The position numbers were made by a program, and so were the translations under genes. 64,000 nucleotides of DNA, taken from contig CP060772.1 of NCBI GenBank assembly GCA_023205875.1, positions 310,001 through 374,000 of the forward strand. The letters run 5' to 3'. Of this stretch, positions 54,850 through 64,000 are shown in pieces (positions within the stretch are counted from its first letter, which is position 1; every line of letters starts with the position of its first letter). The DNA is from Chloropicon primus. Lineage: Eukaryota. The notes below the pieces were generated by a model. It had not been told where the DNA came from, did not search any database, and was given only the letters and a program-made list of their open reading frames with translations.

Positions 54850-55446
54850 ATGTTGTTGCAGAGCAGAGCACGAGGCGCGTTGGCTTGGCGTCCTCGCGAT
54901 GGAGGGAAGCGATGCGTGGTCGGCAGGACACGGCGTGGCCTCGGTAGGACGGTGCGAGCGTCGGAGGTGGACGAGGTGGAACCGAGTGAGGTGAACCCCA
55001 ACGTTTTGTTCAAGCAGCAGTACAAGTTCTTGGACGTGAGGGAGGAAAGAGCATACGAGGAGGAGCACCTGACCAAGCCAGCGCAGTGTAGCAAGAACCT
55101 GCCCCTTCCGGAGGACGTGGAGTTGCTGCCACAGGCTGCGGAGGCGGAGCGGTTGAGCAAAGGGACGGCGTGGCTCGTTGCGGACGAGGACGGGACGAGG
55201 GCGGTGGAGGCGGCACGTGCCTTGAAGGACGCTGGTTGGGAGACTGCTGCTGTCGTGGGCGGGTACAGGGGGTGGAGGGAGGTGTGGACGACGTCGGGGA
55301 GGAGGGTCCCCCCCAAGGGCCGGTGGGTTGCCACCGGCAAGGAGGCGCTTAAGAGCGGGCTGAACGTTGGGGGGGCCGCTTTGTCGTACGAGGAGCGCCT
55401 CAACGTCGAGGACCTCTCGAAGAAAGAATACAAGGAATTCGAGTAA
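54850..55446 (+). CDS. Rhodanese-like domain protein, probably plastid-targeted
   Basis: Arg/Ala-rich transit-like N-terminus; FLDVREERAYEEEH...SKNLP...GTRAVEAARALKDAGW....VVGGYRGW. Confidence 0.82.
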   Translation: MLLQSRARGALAWRPRDGGKRCVVGRTRRGLGRTVRASEVDEVEPSEVNPNVLFKQQYKFLDVREERAYEEEHLTKPAQCSKNLPLPEDVELLPQAAEAERLSKGTAWLVADEDGTRAVEAARALKDAGWETAAVVGGYRGWREVWTTSGRRVPPKGRWVATGKEALKSGLNVGGAALSYEERLNVEDLSKKEYKEFE

Positions 55447-55539
55447 TGGGACGTTTGCTTTCGGGGGCTCAGACGGACCACTACCAAGTGGCGGTGGAGG
55501 CCACCACTCCTCCTCTTTCGCCCGGGCGAGGAGCATTCA

Positions 55540-55860
55540 TCATCACCATCACCTCTCTCTCTGTGTGTCTCCTTGCCATGATCCCTGTCACCATTCCTCC
55601 CAAGTGAGGGCTCTTTGGAAAGAGCAAGAGACAAGGCATCCATCCATCCATGACCCCTCCTCTCCCTCTCCCCCTCCCTCCCATCACCCCCTCCTTCCAC
55701 CCCATCATCATCACCATCACCTCTCTGTGTGTCTCCTTGCCATGATCCCTGTCACCATTCCTCCCAAGTGAGGGCTCTTTGGAAAGAGCAAGAGACAAGG
55801 CATCCATCCATCCATGACCCCTCCTCTCCCTCTCCCCCTCCCTCCCATCACCCCCTCCTC
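55540..55860. repeat. Repeat family B (two ~164-bp units)
   Basis: Same unit as 35822-36170. Confidence 0.92.
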
Positions 55861-55956
55861 CCTCCTCCCTCCTCCCTCTTCCCTCTGACAAAATCCACGT
55901 CATCCGAGAGAGAGAGAGAGAAGCGTCATATCGTCCTCGTCCTCGTCGCCATCGCC

Positions 55957-57476
55957 ATGGCTTTCGTCTTGGGATCCCTTCGCGGCATCCTCACAAGGAG
56001 ACCGAACACATCGAGCCAGGCTCACTGGATCAAAAAATGTTTCGCGACTCAAGCGCCGACCGACCAAGAACTCGACGAATTCAGAGAACAGGTAAGAGGA
56101 ATGCATGCACAGAAAAAAATTAACGCTAGAGTTCACCCATTTCCCATTTCCCATTCCTTTCTGACTCTTTTGTCCTCGCCTCGTTCTATGTAACGCCTGG
56201 TGGTTTCGTAACGGACGAAAGGTGAAGGAGTTTGCTCAGAATGAGGTTGCCCCTCACGCTGTTGCGGTGGATGAAGCGAATGACTTTGGAAAGTATGCGA
56301 GAGGTGAACCAGACTTGTGGAAGAAATTGGGTGACTTTGGTCTGCATGGCTTGACCGTGCCGGAGGACAAGGGAGGGTAAGGGGGGTTGACATGTCTTGC
56401 ATCATGCTGATGGATTTCATTCTGACATTCATTCCATTCATTCATTCTTCATGACTTTACCTTACCTTGCTGCTCGTTCATCCCATTCCTTCCTCAGGTT
56501 GGGTTTGGGATACGCGTATCACTGCGTGGCTATGGAGGAGCTCTCGAGAGCTAGCGGTGCGATAGCATTGAGTTATGGAGCGCACAGCAACTTGTGCATC
56601 AACCAATTGACGAGGCATGCGACAAAGGAGCAGGCAGACAAGTACCTCCCTCCGTTGATATCGGGAGACCATATCGGAGCTCTGGCTATGAGTGAGCCTG
56701 GCTCGGGAAGCGACGTCGTCAGCATGACTTGCCAAGCCAAGGAGAACTCTAATGGAGACTTTGTGCTGAATGGCAACAAGATGTGGTGCACGAACGGCAC
56801 GATCGCGGATACGCTTGTGGTTTACGCGAAGACTGACATGGAACTCAAGTCAAGAGGCATCACGGCGTTCGTGATCGAGAAGGGAATGAAAGGGTTCTCC
56901 ACGGCCCAGAAGCTGGACAAGCTTGGCATGAGAGGCAGCGACACGTGCGAACTCGTGTTCGAGGACTGCGTCGTGCCCAGGGAGAATGTCTTGGGCGAGG
57001 TGAACAAAGGAGTCTACGTGCTCATGAGTGGCTTGGACTTGGAGCGTATGGTGCTCTCCGCGGGGCCCATTGGGCTCATGCAGAACGTCCTCGACGTCGT
57101 CATGCCTTACGTGCACGAGAGGAAGCAATTTGGGCAGAAGATCGGGGAGTTCCAGCTCGTTCAGGCCAAGATAGCTGACATGTACACCAAGATGGTCTCC
57201 GCAAGAGCCCTTACTTTCGCCACCGCGAGGAAAGCGGACCGGAACATGATCGACAGGAGGTTCGCCAAGGACTGCGCCAGCTGCATCCTTTACGCGGCCG
57301 AGAGTGCCACCCAAGTCGCTCTGGACGGCATTCAGATTCTCGGAGGGAACGGCTACATCAACGAGTATCCCACCGGAAGGCTCTTGAGGGACGCAAAGTT
57401 GTACGAGATCGGCGCCGGGACGAGCGAGATCCGAAGGCTGATTATCGGAAGGGACCTGTTCTCGGAGTACGAGTAA
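55957..57476 (+). CDS. IVD: Isovaleryl-CoA dehydrogenase, mitochondrial, 3 exons
   Basis: Exons 55957-56091, 56222-56376 and 56498-57476. [73 protein letters not shown]. Confidence 0.97.
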
Positions 57477-57557
57477 GCAAGAGCCCGAGACTCATGTCGA
57501 AAAGGTTTTGTGACCCTTTGATAGAGAAAAAGTCATACATTTTTATCCCGAAACGCC

Positions 57558-60182
57558 CTAGTGCACAAGCCCAACGCCTCCAAGTCTTCCCGTTTGCTGG
57601 TTCCGCAGTACGACCGTCGAGCCCTTTGGCATCCACTCCGCCCAGTGAAGGAACTTGAGGTCCACGAGCAACGGCAAGCTGTAGAAATGAATCTCCTCCT
57701 GCTTCAGAGATACGATGTCTTCCAGCGCCTGGTACACTTGAGCCGAAACGCCAGACTCCCCCAGATCACTCAGGGCTCTGCAAGATGCGATGGCAGCGGC
57801 TTGCCTGATGCTCCCGCAGTGGACCACAACGGTGCTCCCTTTCAGAACTTTGGACAAGAATGTGATATCATCGATGACCGAGAGGTCGCTGGATTCCCCG
57901 CAAAAAGAGTCCTTCACCAGCTTCATAACGGCCCTGAAGCTTCTGGCGGCGGAGGGGGTAAGCCCCCTGAGCAGGACGGTGCCCTTCTTCGTGGGCGGGG
58001 AGCCTCCACTGGACGGGGAGAAAGAATGAGAGTGAGGAGGAGAACCAGCCTTCTCGGCGGAAGCCTTGCAAGGAATGTTGATGCTCGAGGATTCCTCCGG
58101 CTTGCCGCTTCCTGGTGCTTTGCCACTGCCACCGAGATCGTGCAGGTCCAATCGGGCCCTCTCAGATGACTCCCACCGGAAGCCCCGCTTCTCCCCCTCG
58201 TGGTGCTTGAAGTCCAAGGCCAGCGTGCCCGTTTGCCCCACGGCGAGTTTGTTCACCGGAACTTGGGATCTCTCGATGCTCTTGACTCGCACGGGGGAGA
58301 AGCTGCCGTCCTCCATCGGACCAAGCAGCAGCTGATAGCCCACCTTGATCTTGCCGCTGAGAACAGTACCGAACAGCACGTGTCCAACAGCCGGGACCTC
58401 GAAGGTCTTGTAAACTTGAAAATGCAGCAGCTGCATCTGCTGCTGCTGTTGCAAGGCCTCACTCGGTTGAGATTGCTGGGCATGGTTGCCTGCGAGAGAA
58501 TCAGAGAATTCAGGGGCAGGCGACTTTGTGTTGCTGTTCCTCCTTCTCCAGTCTCTCGGCCTGAGCTTCTTCAGGAATGCGTGGAGCAAGGTCATGCCAT
58601 CGCCGCTCACGCAGCTCACGCCGAGCACGGGGACAATGGCATCCGCAGCTGCGCCACCGCACTCTCCACTGCTTGCGGGCTGCTTTCCTAGCCTCTTTCC
58701 CAACTCTCTGGCCTGCTCAATGGTTTGCACCAACTCGGTACAACTGTTCTCACCAAGCAATGCTTTCACCTCCTTGTACACGTGCAAGGACTCCAAGCTC
58801 TTGGCATCCTCCTCACCTTCCAGGGACGAGGATGGCGTCAGGTCAATCTTGGTCATCACAACAAAGATGGGAGCGCCGAGCACTCTGGCCAATGCAGCGT
58901 GCTCCCTTGTCATTTCAGAAACCCCTTCCTGGGCAGACACGATTAGCATCACGAAATCAGGGACCAAGCACGTCAAGCCGTAGCAGGTTGTCTTGAGGTA
59001 CCTCTCGTGGCCGGAGAGGTCAAACAGCCGCAGCATCTTCCCCGCTTCCCTCGACATCTCCACGGGGGAAAGGGGCCAGCAAACGCTGTCGGTTTGGTAA
59101 TTCAGGCAAAGGCCGTTCTTCCCGTAGGCCAAGACCTCGTGAGCGATGCTGCTGGTCCTCCCGCTCTCCACCTCGTGCCTGTGGGTGAACACCCTCGACC
59201 GCGCCTGTCCCATCCCATTGCAAAGCAGCGGCTTCCTGTGCTCCCCGTGCGTCAGCACACTCATCAGTGTGCTCTTTCCCGCATCGTGGGCCCCGCACAT
59301 GGCCACTCGCAGCTCCGTGTAACTATACGCGTGCTGCTTCGGAATCAGTCTTACGTGGACCGAGGCGTACTTCCCTTCGTAACCCTCGAGAAGCGTTACC
59401 TTCATCGTGAAGAGCTCCCCGCCTAGGAAGGGATCCAGGCTAAAGTCCTGGCCCGCAGCGTGCCTCTCGATGAGCCCGTCCAAAAAATCAAAGGAACCCT
59501 CCCCAAAAGGCCGAGGCTTGGCGCCGCCGCTGCCCGCTAGAATCGCACACATCGAGATGAGCGTCCCCAGCGTCTCCTTGAGCTCCCTTTGAACGAGGCC
59601 TCTGCAGAAACCGTCGTCCTGCACTCCAAGGTAATACACGCAAGTTCCCCTCTCGTCCCCGCTGGACTCGGAGAACCGGAACTTCATCTGTGTCACGAGA
59701 TGCTCCAACCGATTGCACGAGACCTTCACCAGCTTCAGCTTGTATTCCACGTTCCCTTCAGGGTTCTCCCTCCCCAACCAAAGCTTCGGACCCGACCGAC
59801 GACGCTCTCCCCGTCCTCTCCCGCTCCCCGACGTCGTCGAGACCGATACTCCACCGCAAGAGCAGACGCTCTCGCCACCCCTCCCAGCTCCCCCCTCCTC
59901 CTGATCCCTCCTCGTGGAGGACGACGGTCCCACCCCATGGCTCCCACACTGCCTCGCCCTCCCCTCCCTCTTCTTCCTCTCCCTCTCCCTGCACTTATCC
60001 AGTTTGCTCTCCCTCCTTTCCACCTCCTCGTCCAAGTTCACCGTAAAAGCAAACGTCCTCCGTGATCCTGTGCCACCCAGACCTTCACCAAGTGAATCTC
60101 CGCCGCCCTGGCCCTCCTCTGCCGCCCCTTTGCCCTCCTCCTCCTCCACTCCCCTCTCCAGGCTCGCACCTTGTCCACCCAT
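57558..60182 (-). CDS. GTP-binding protein 1/2-like translational GTPase
   Basis: EGNVEYKLKL N-domain, G1 GAHDAGKST, HRHEVESGRTSSI, DLSGHERYLKTT, TKID and EF-Tu-like domains II/III. Start is either 60182 (MGGQGAS) or 60362. Confidence 0.92.
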   Translation of the reverse strand: MGGQGASLERGVEEEEGKGAAEEGQGGGDSLGEGLGGTGSRRTFAFTVNLDEEVERRESKLDKCRERERKKREGRARQCGSHGVGPSSSTRRDQEEGGAGRGGESVCSCGGVSVSTTSGSGRGRGERRRSGPKLWLGRENPEGNVEYKLKLVKVSCNRLEHLVTQMKFRFSESSGDERGTCVYYLGVQDDGFCRGLVQRELKETLGTLISMCAILAGSGGAKPRPFGEGSFDFLDGLIERHAAGQDFSLDPFLGGELFTMKVTLLEGYEGKYASVHVRLIPKQHAYSYTELRVAMCGAHDAGKSTLMSVLTHGEHRKPLLCNGMGQARSRVFTHRHEVESGRTSSIAHEVLAYGKNGLCLNYQTDSVCWPLSPVEMSREAGKMLRLFDLSGHERYLKTTCYGLTCLVPDFVMLIVSAQEGVSEMTREHAALARVLGAPIFVVMTKIDLTPSSSLEGEEDAKSLESLHVYKEVKALLGENSCTELVQTIEQARELGKRLGKQPASSGECGGAAADAIVPVLGVSCVSGDGMTLLHAFLKKLRPRDWRRRNSNTKSPAPEFSDSLAGNHAQQSQPSEALQQQQQMQLLHFQVYKTFEVPAVGHVLFGTVLSGKIKVGYQLLLGPMEDGSFSPVRVKSIERSQVPVNKLAVGQTGTLALDFKHHEGEKRGFRWESSERARLDLHDLGGSGKAPGSGKPEESSSINIPCKASAEKAGSPPHSHSFSPSSGGSPPTKKGTVLLRGLTPSAARSFRAVMKLVKDSFCGESSDLSVIDDITFLSKVLKGSTVVVHCGSIRQAAAIASCRALSDLGESGVSAQVYQALEDIVSLKQEEIHFYSLPLLVDLKFLHWAEWMPKGSTVVLRNQQTGRLGGVGLVH

Positions 60183-60412
60183 GAAAACACACAAACACAA
60201 GTCAGAAACCTTTGCAAAGAGCGTTACTCGTAACGTCCGACGGCACTTTCGAAAGAGGAGAGCATGAAGATTCGTGACAACTGACTTCCTCCCCCCTCGG
60301 GTCGATAACACGAGGACAGTGTCCTGCTCACCTAGACGGATGCCATCAATGACGCCAGCCATCTTAGCCTTCTCCCTTGGCTTTTCGTCCTCAGAGCGTC
60401 ATTCTTTTCATG

Positions 60413-60695
60413 CGAGGGCTCGTTGGAAAGCTCGCGACAAGATCTTTCCCGTGGTTCTTCTCCCTTCGCTTCCCTCGTCCTCCCTCGCCGCTCAGCTCTG
60501 CGAACGCGCCGCTCCTCAAGAGACGTCGTCCTCTGGCGAGAGAGAGAGAGAGAGCAAAGGGACTGACTGGAGGAGGAGGAGGAGGAGGAGACGAAGGAGA
60601 ATATTGTGAACGATTGGAAGATATTTAGAAAACTTGGAAGCATTCGTTCGAAAGATCGTCTCGAGATCTTTCCAGTGATACCTTACTCGACCCCT
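60413..60695. promoter_or_regulatory. Two complete GAAAG-N13-CTTTC dyad motifs (centres 60437, 60661) in the GTPBP/PIG-T divergent promoter
   Basis: GAAAG CTCGCGACAAGAT CTTTC and GAAAG ATCGTCTCGAGAT CTTTC CAGTGATACCTTACTCG. Confidence 0.7.
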
Positions 60696-60736
60696 TGGGT
60701 GGTCTGTGGAAGGATTGAGACGTGAAAAGCATCCAG

Positions 60737-62065
60737 ATGGCAACAAAGTTGTTTGCTGATGGTGATGCCATTGTGTTGACGGTGACGACGGCAGAGATGG
60801 CAATGGCGAGTGGAGGACCGTTGGGAGCGTTTCTCGGGAAGGTCATGACATCGTCCCGGGGCGGAAGGGGCGGTGGAATGGAGGAGGCGGAAGCATCTTC
60901 AAGGAAGAGTGTCGGACAGCAGAGGTTCAGGTATGTGACGAGTGTCAAGGGAGGGACGCTTGTGGAGCACACGAGTGGCGAGGGGTCGAGGGAATGGAGT
61001 GGGAAGCTGCTGGAGATGTTCAAGCGATGGTTTCCTTGGTCTCTGTCGAGGGACGTGATCGAGTATGCTTCGGAGGGCGAGGGCGAGGGAGGCGAGGGCG
61101 CGACGACGGCATACCGGAGTCACGAGACCGGCGTCACCAGGGAGGGTCTGAAGCAGTTGGCAAGGCTGATGGGGAAGAGCGAAGGTCAAGGGATCAAGTA
61201 TGGCAACCAAGTTGAGAGTTGCTCGGGTTTTGAGGTCGCGGTCACGATGTTTGGCGACGGCAGCGCACGCATCGAGGCCGGGATTACCTGGAGGGAAGAC
61301 GGGGACGGGGGCGGAAGTGCGGTGGTTTCCATGCCAGGGATGAAGGCGAGGGTGAGCCGGAGGTTGTTTGGCCTCCCCACCTCTTTGTCTGTTGTGGAGG
61401 AGCACGACTTCGACTTGGCATCGACGCGGCAGTCTGAAGAGCCAAACATTTGCGTCGAGTCCTACCTGCCCTCGTACCTTTCTCCTCTCCTCAGCTCCTC
61501 CAAGGTGCAGGTCGGGAACGCGGGGGCGCGCCCTCTCCTGGATGTTGCGGGGGTCGACATTGCTCTCAGTCCCGGCAAGGGTTCGAGCTTGCTTGAGGTT
61601 TGCCTGAACCCTTCCGGGTGGGACAAGGGCTACGTCGACGGCGGCCAAGCACCGCCCTCGGCGAAACTTCTCCTCAGCTACCGCAAGAGCTTTCCGTCCG
61701 TCTTCAGCCTGCCTGCGGATCGAAGCGCCGGGCTCTACTTTCCTTCGAGTTACGTCTACTTGGAGGGGCACAGAAGCCTTGGACAGTTCACGGATTCGCT
61801 GCGAGTCCAGTTTCCTCTGCCCGACGCCTCGATGCCGTACAACGCCTGCATCATCACTTGCACGGTCTTCGCCTTGTGCGTGGGGGTCACTCTCAAGAAC
61901 TTGGGCTACGTGATCAAGCCAGCCAAGGGAGAGGCGGAGGGGAAGAGGAAGGCGCAGAAGCGTTTGAAGCTCCTGGTTAACCTGGTTGTCCTGGTGGCTC
62001 TGGTCGTGGTTGTCCTGGTGGCAGACAGCGAAACGAGGCTCTACATCCAATCACTGGTGGCGTGA
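60737..62065 (+). CDS. PIGT: GPI transamidase subunit PIG-T/Gpi16-like
   Basis: LPADRSAGLYFPS and FTDSLRVQFPLPDASMPYNACIITCTVFAL (Gpi16 C-terminal signature), followed by TM segments. Confidence 0.75.
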   Translation: MATKLFADGDAIVLTVTTAEMAMASGGPLGAFLGKVMTSSRGGRGGGMEEAEASSRKSVGQQRFRYVTSVKGGTLVEHTSGEGSREWSGKLLEMFKRWFPWSLSRDVIEYASEGEGEGGEGATTAYRSHETGVTREGLKQLARLMGKSEGQGIKYGNQVESCSGFEVAVTMFGDGSARIEAGITWREDGDGGGSAVVSMPGMKARVSRRLFGLPTSLSVVEEHDFDLASTRQSEEPNICVESYLPSYLSPLLSSSKVQVGNAGARPLLDVAGVDIALSPGKGSSLLEVCLNPSGWDKGYVDGGQAPPSAKLLLSYRKSFPSVFSLPADRSAGLYFPSSYVYLEGHRSLGQFTDSLRVQFPLPDASMPYNACIITCTVFALCVGVTLKNLGYVIKPAKGEAEGKRKAQKRLKLLVNLVVLVALVVVVLVADSETRLYIQSLVA

Positions 62066-62195
62066 CAGCGAAGAGACGGGGAGAGGAGAGGGGTTTTCTC
62101 ACAATGACATATGACATGTCATCCACAATTATACTTACAACAAAAAACGATACACCTCGATATATATATATATATATCTTGTAGCTTACAAAGTC

Positions 62196-63956
62196 CTACT
62201 CTTCCTCGTCGATCTCATTCATCTTTCCAAGACCGAAGAGGCTCATGCTGGCGAGACCCGATGTGGCAGCAACGGAGAGGGTCCTGACCTTTCCCACGGC
62301 CGTCTTTCCATCCTTGGACCGCCGACCGCCGCCACTGAAGTTGAAGGCACTTGACCTACCGCCCGCGGGCCTCTTGTTCAAGATGGACACCCTCTTGCGC
62401 GTCCTGGACTCGGACGACCTCGATGGGTCCACTGTCTGGCTCCGCTTCGGTCTCGTTGGAAGCTCGTCTGGCAAGCTCGCATCACCCTCTTCCATCGCAG
62501 CCAGAGGATTCGCGACATCTGTTGTCAAGCTCTTCTTCTGTTGGGTGACTGCCGGCGATGGCGTTGTCTCCATCCCCGCGTCCGAGAGCGAGCCGGCGTA
62601 CAGTATGATGGACGCCCTTCCCACCGAGGAAGTTCTTCTCATGAGACGCTTCTCGGACTCGGATGTCAAGCCAATGCGCATGGAGTCATCCTCGTCGATT
62701 CTCTCGTCCTCGGTCACGCCACAAACCTCGAGGTCCTCCATGTAAACGTCGTCCTCGTGCCACATGAGGAGACCCATACCGAAGAGCATGACGACCATGC
62801 CGGAGCAAAAGATTCCTATCTGTTGGTTCGACAGGCCATTGAACTCCTGGAAGAACATGCCTCCGTTGCAGATGGCAAAGATGGTCCAGAAGGACTGCAT
62901 GACGGGCACGATGACCAGGGCATCGAACTCCCTCAGGCCGACGTTGATCTGCTTGTCCCAAAAGATGCCTGTCACGATCATGCCAATGATGAACACGTAG
63001 GTCAGCACCCGGTCGAACTGCTGCTCTCCATCGATGGAGAGCCTGATCTGAAGCATCGTGATCTTCGCGAACGTTACGACTTGGGTACCGATGACAGCGG
63101 AATACGCCGCGAAACACAGCGGTCGGAGCGTCTCCACCCTGATGTTGCCTATCCTCGTGAAGACCAAGTCTCCCTTGTCCCTGTTCTTGATGGGAGACAT
63201 ATCCGTCCCGCTGTAATACGTCTCCAGGTTGGACCCCTTCCTGCTCTGCTTCCGGTCATTGCCCTTCTCCTTCTCCTTCCTCATGTTCTCCTCCGTGTCC
63301 AGCTTGAACGCGTAAAAGTCTCCCGTGTAAGTCATGTAGGCCAAGACGCCCAGCACCACCAGAACTCCCAGGTAGGTCAAGTAACTTCGGTCCTGCATGA
63401 GGTCGATGAGCTCGTCGACGGTGTACGTCTTGTTTCCCGAGCCGCTGCTGTTGGCAACGATGCAGATGACGACGCCGGTAATGATGGAGATCGTCCCGAG
63501 GACGTCGTTCAAGCCCAACCTCTCGTGCAGCACAAAGTAACAGAAGATGAGGTTGCTGACGAACTGCACGGAGGACAAGGACGCGAGTACGCTCTGCTTT
63601 CCGAATCCCAGTGAGATGAAGTTCACCACGTTACTCGCCTTGAAGATGATGAACCCGATCTGCCACGACCTCCACTTGTATATCGGAGCTATGCTCGTGC
63701 GCTTCTTGGCAACCTTGCCACCCTTTCCCGTCTCCCCCGCTTTGGCCACGTGGCCAGGCACCTCACTGATCGGATTCAGGACGAAAGTGCTCCTCGAGTT
63801 CTTGTGCCCGTTCATCCCTCCCCCGTCGACCTCCCTCAAGGCCTCCTCCTCCTGTTCTACCATGTTCTGCCGCCTGTTGAACGCCAGCTTGATAATATTG
63901 GTCCCCAAGTTGATACCAACGTTTGCCATGGTGCACATGCATATTCCCAGCAACAT
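62196..63956 (-). CDS. NIPA-family magnesium transporter-like membrane protein
   Basis: NLGTNIIK, WQIGFIIF..SNVVNFISLGFGKQSVLASLSSVQFVSNLIF...LHE, GLREFDALVIVPV, GGMFFQEF; multiple TMs. The start may lie further upstream. Confidence 0.88.
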   Translation of the reverse strand: MLLGICMCTMANVGINLGTNIIKLAFNRRQNMVEQEEEALREVDGGGMNGHKNSRSTFVLNPISEVPGHVAKAGETGKGGKVAKKRTSIAPIYKWRSWQIGFIIFKASNVVNFISLGFGKQSVLASLSSVQFVSNLIFCYFVLHERLGLNDVLGTISIITGVVICIVANSSGSGNKTYTVDELIDLMQDRSYLTYLGVLVVLGVLAYMTYTGDFYAFKLDTEENMRKEKEKGNDRKQSRKGSNLETYYSGTDMSPIKNRDKGDLVFTRIGNIRVETLRPLCFAAYSAVIGTQVVTFAKITMLQIRLSIDGEQQFDRVLTYVFIIGMIVTGIFWDKQINVGLREFDALVIVPVMQSFWTIFAICNGGMFFQEFNGLSNQQIGIFCSGMVVMLFGMGLLMWHEDDVYMEDLEVCGVTEDERIDEDDSMRIGLTSESEKRLMRRTSSVGRASIILYAGSLSDAGMETTPSPAVTQQKKSLTTDVANPLAAMEEGDASLPDELPTRPKRSQTVDPSRSSESRTRKRVSILNKRPAGGRSSAFNFSGGGRRSKDGKTAVGKVRTLSVAATSGLASMSLFGLGKMNEIDEEE

Positions 63957-64000
63957 GGTGGCCCTTCTTATTGATAACAATTCTATATGGATTGCTCTGG

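Noticed and set aside
25725..57476. Amino-acid catabolism gene cluster (FAH, TDH, IVD)
   Set aside because: The genes are spread over 30 kb among unrelated genes and belong to different pathways; probably coincidence.
1..64000. Autonomous transposon or endogenous virus
   Set aside because: No transposase, reverse transcriptase, integrase or capsid motifs were recognised; the phage-like gene is solitary and host-like in composition.

Overview
Gene-dense, GC-rich eukaryotic nuclear DNA with short GT-AG introns, short intergenic regions and many divergent gene pairs. This pattern and the gene set (plant-type COX4/DUF1138, TAAC/EAAC-like carrier, plastid-type rhodanese) fit a compact-genome green alga, possibly Chloropicon-like; the taxon is inferred, not proven. 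About 29 protein-coding genes are supported, mostly housekeeping: ZC2HC1-like, SET/MYND, DAO-family oxidoreductase, HAD, RBM25-like, LSM12, dynein light chain, MESD-like, GT32, FAH, NOP14, mitochondrial carrier, CENPJ/SAS-4, a 4x LamG membrane protein, strumpellin, TraB, NAA15, TDH, COX4, rhodanese, IVD, GTPBP1/2, PIG-T and NIPA. The most striking unexplained signal is non-coding. A dyad-symmetric motif, GAAAG-N13-CTTTC with conserved flanks, occurs about 25-30 times, and I saw it only in intergenic DNA. It is paired 224-250 bp apart (exactly 241 bp three times) in six divergent promoters and recurs in 164-186 bp steps elsewhere. Local tandem duplications have similar 157-173 bp periods, which suggests a sequence-encoded, nucleosome-scale promoter architecture spread by mobile cassettes. 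Other highlights: a membrane-anchored protein with marine-phage structural-protein motifs, a probable non-coding host transcript with intronic C/D snoRNA candidates, a near-identical 167-168-nt intron cassette upstream of two unrelated genes, and a tandem array in which each unit is an exon plus a canonical intron. All family calls rest on motif recognition by eye; no database searches were run.
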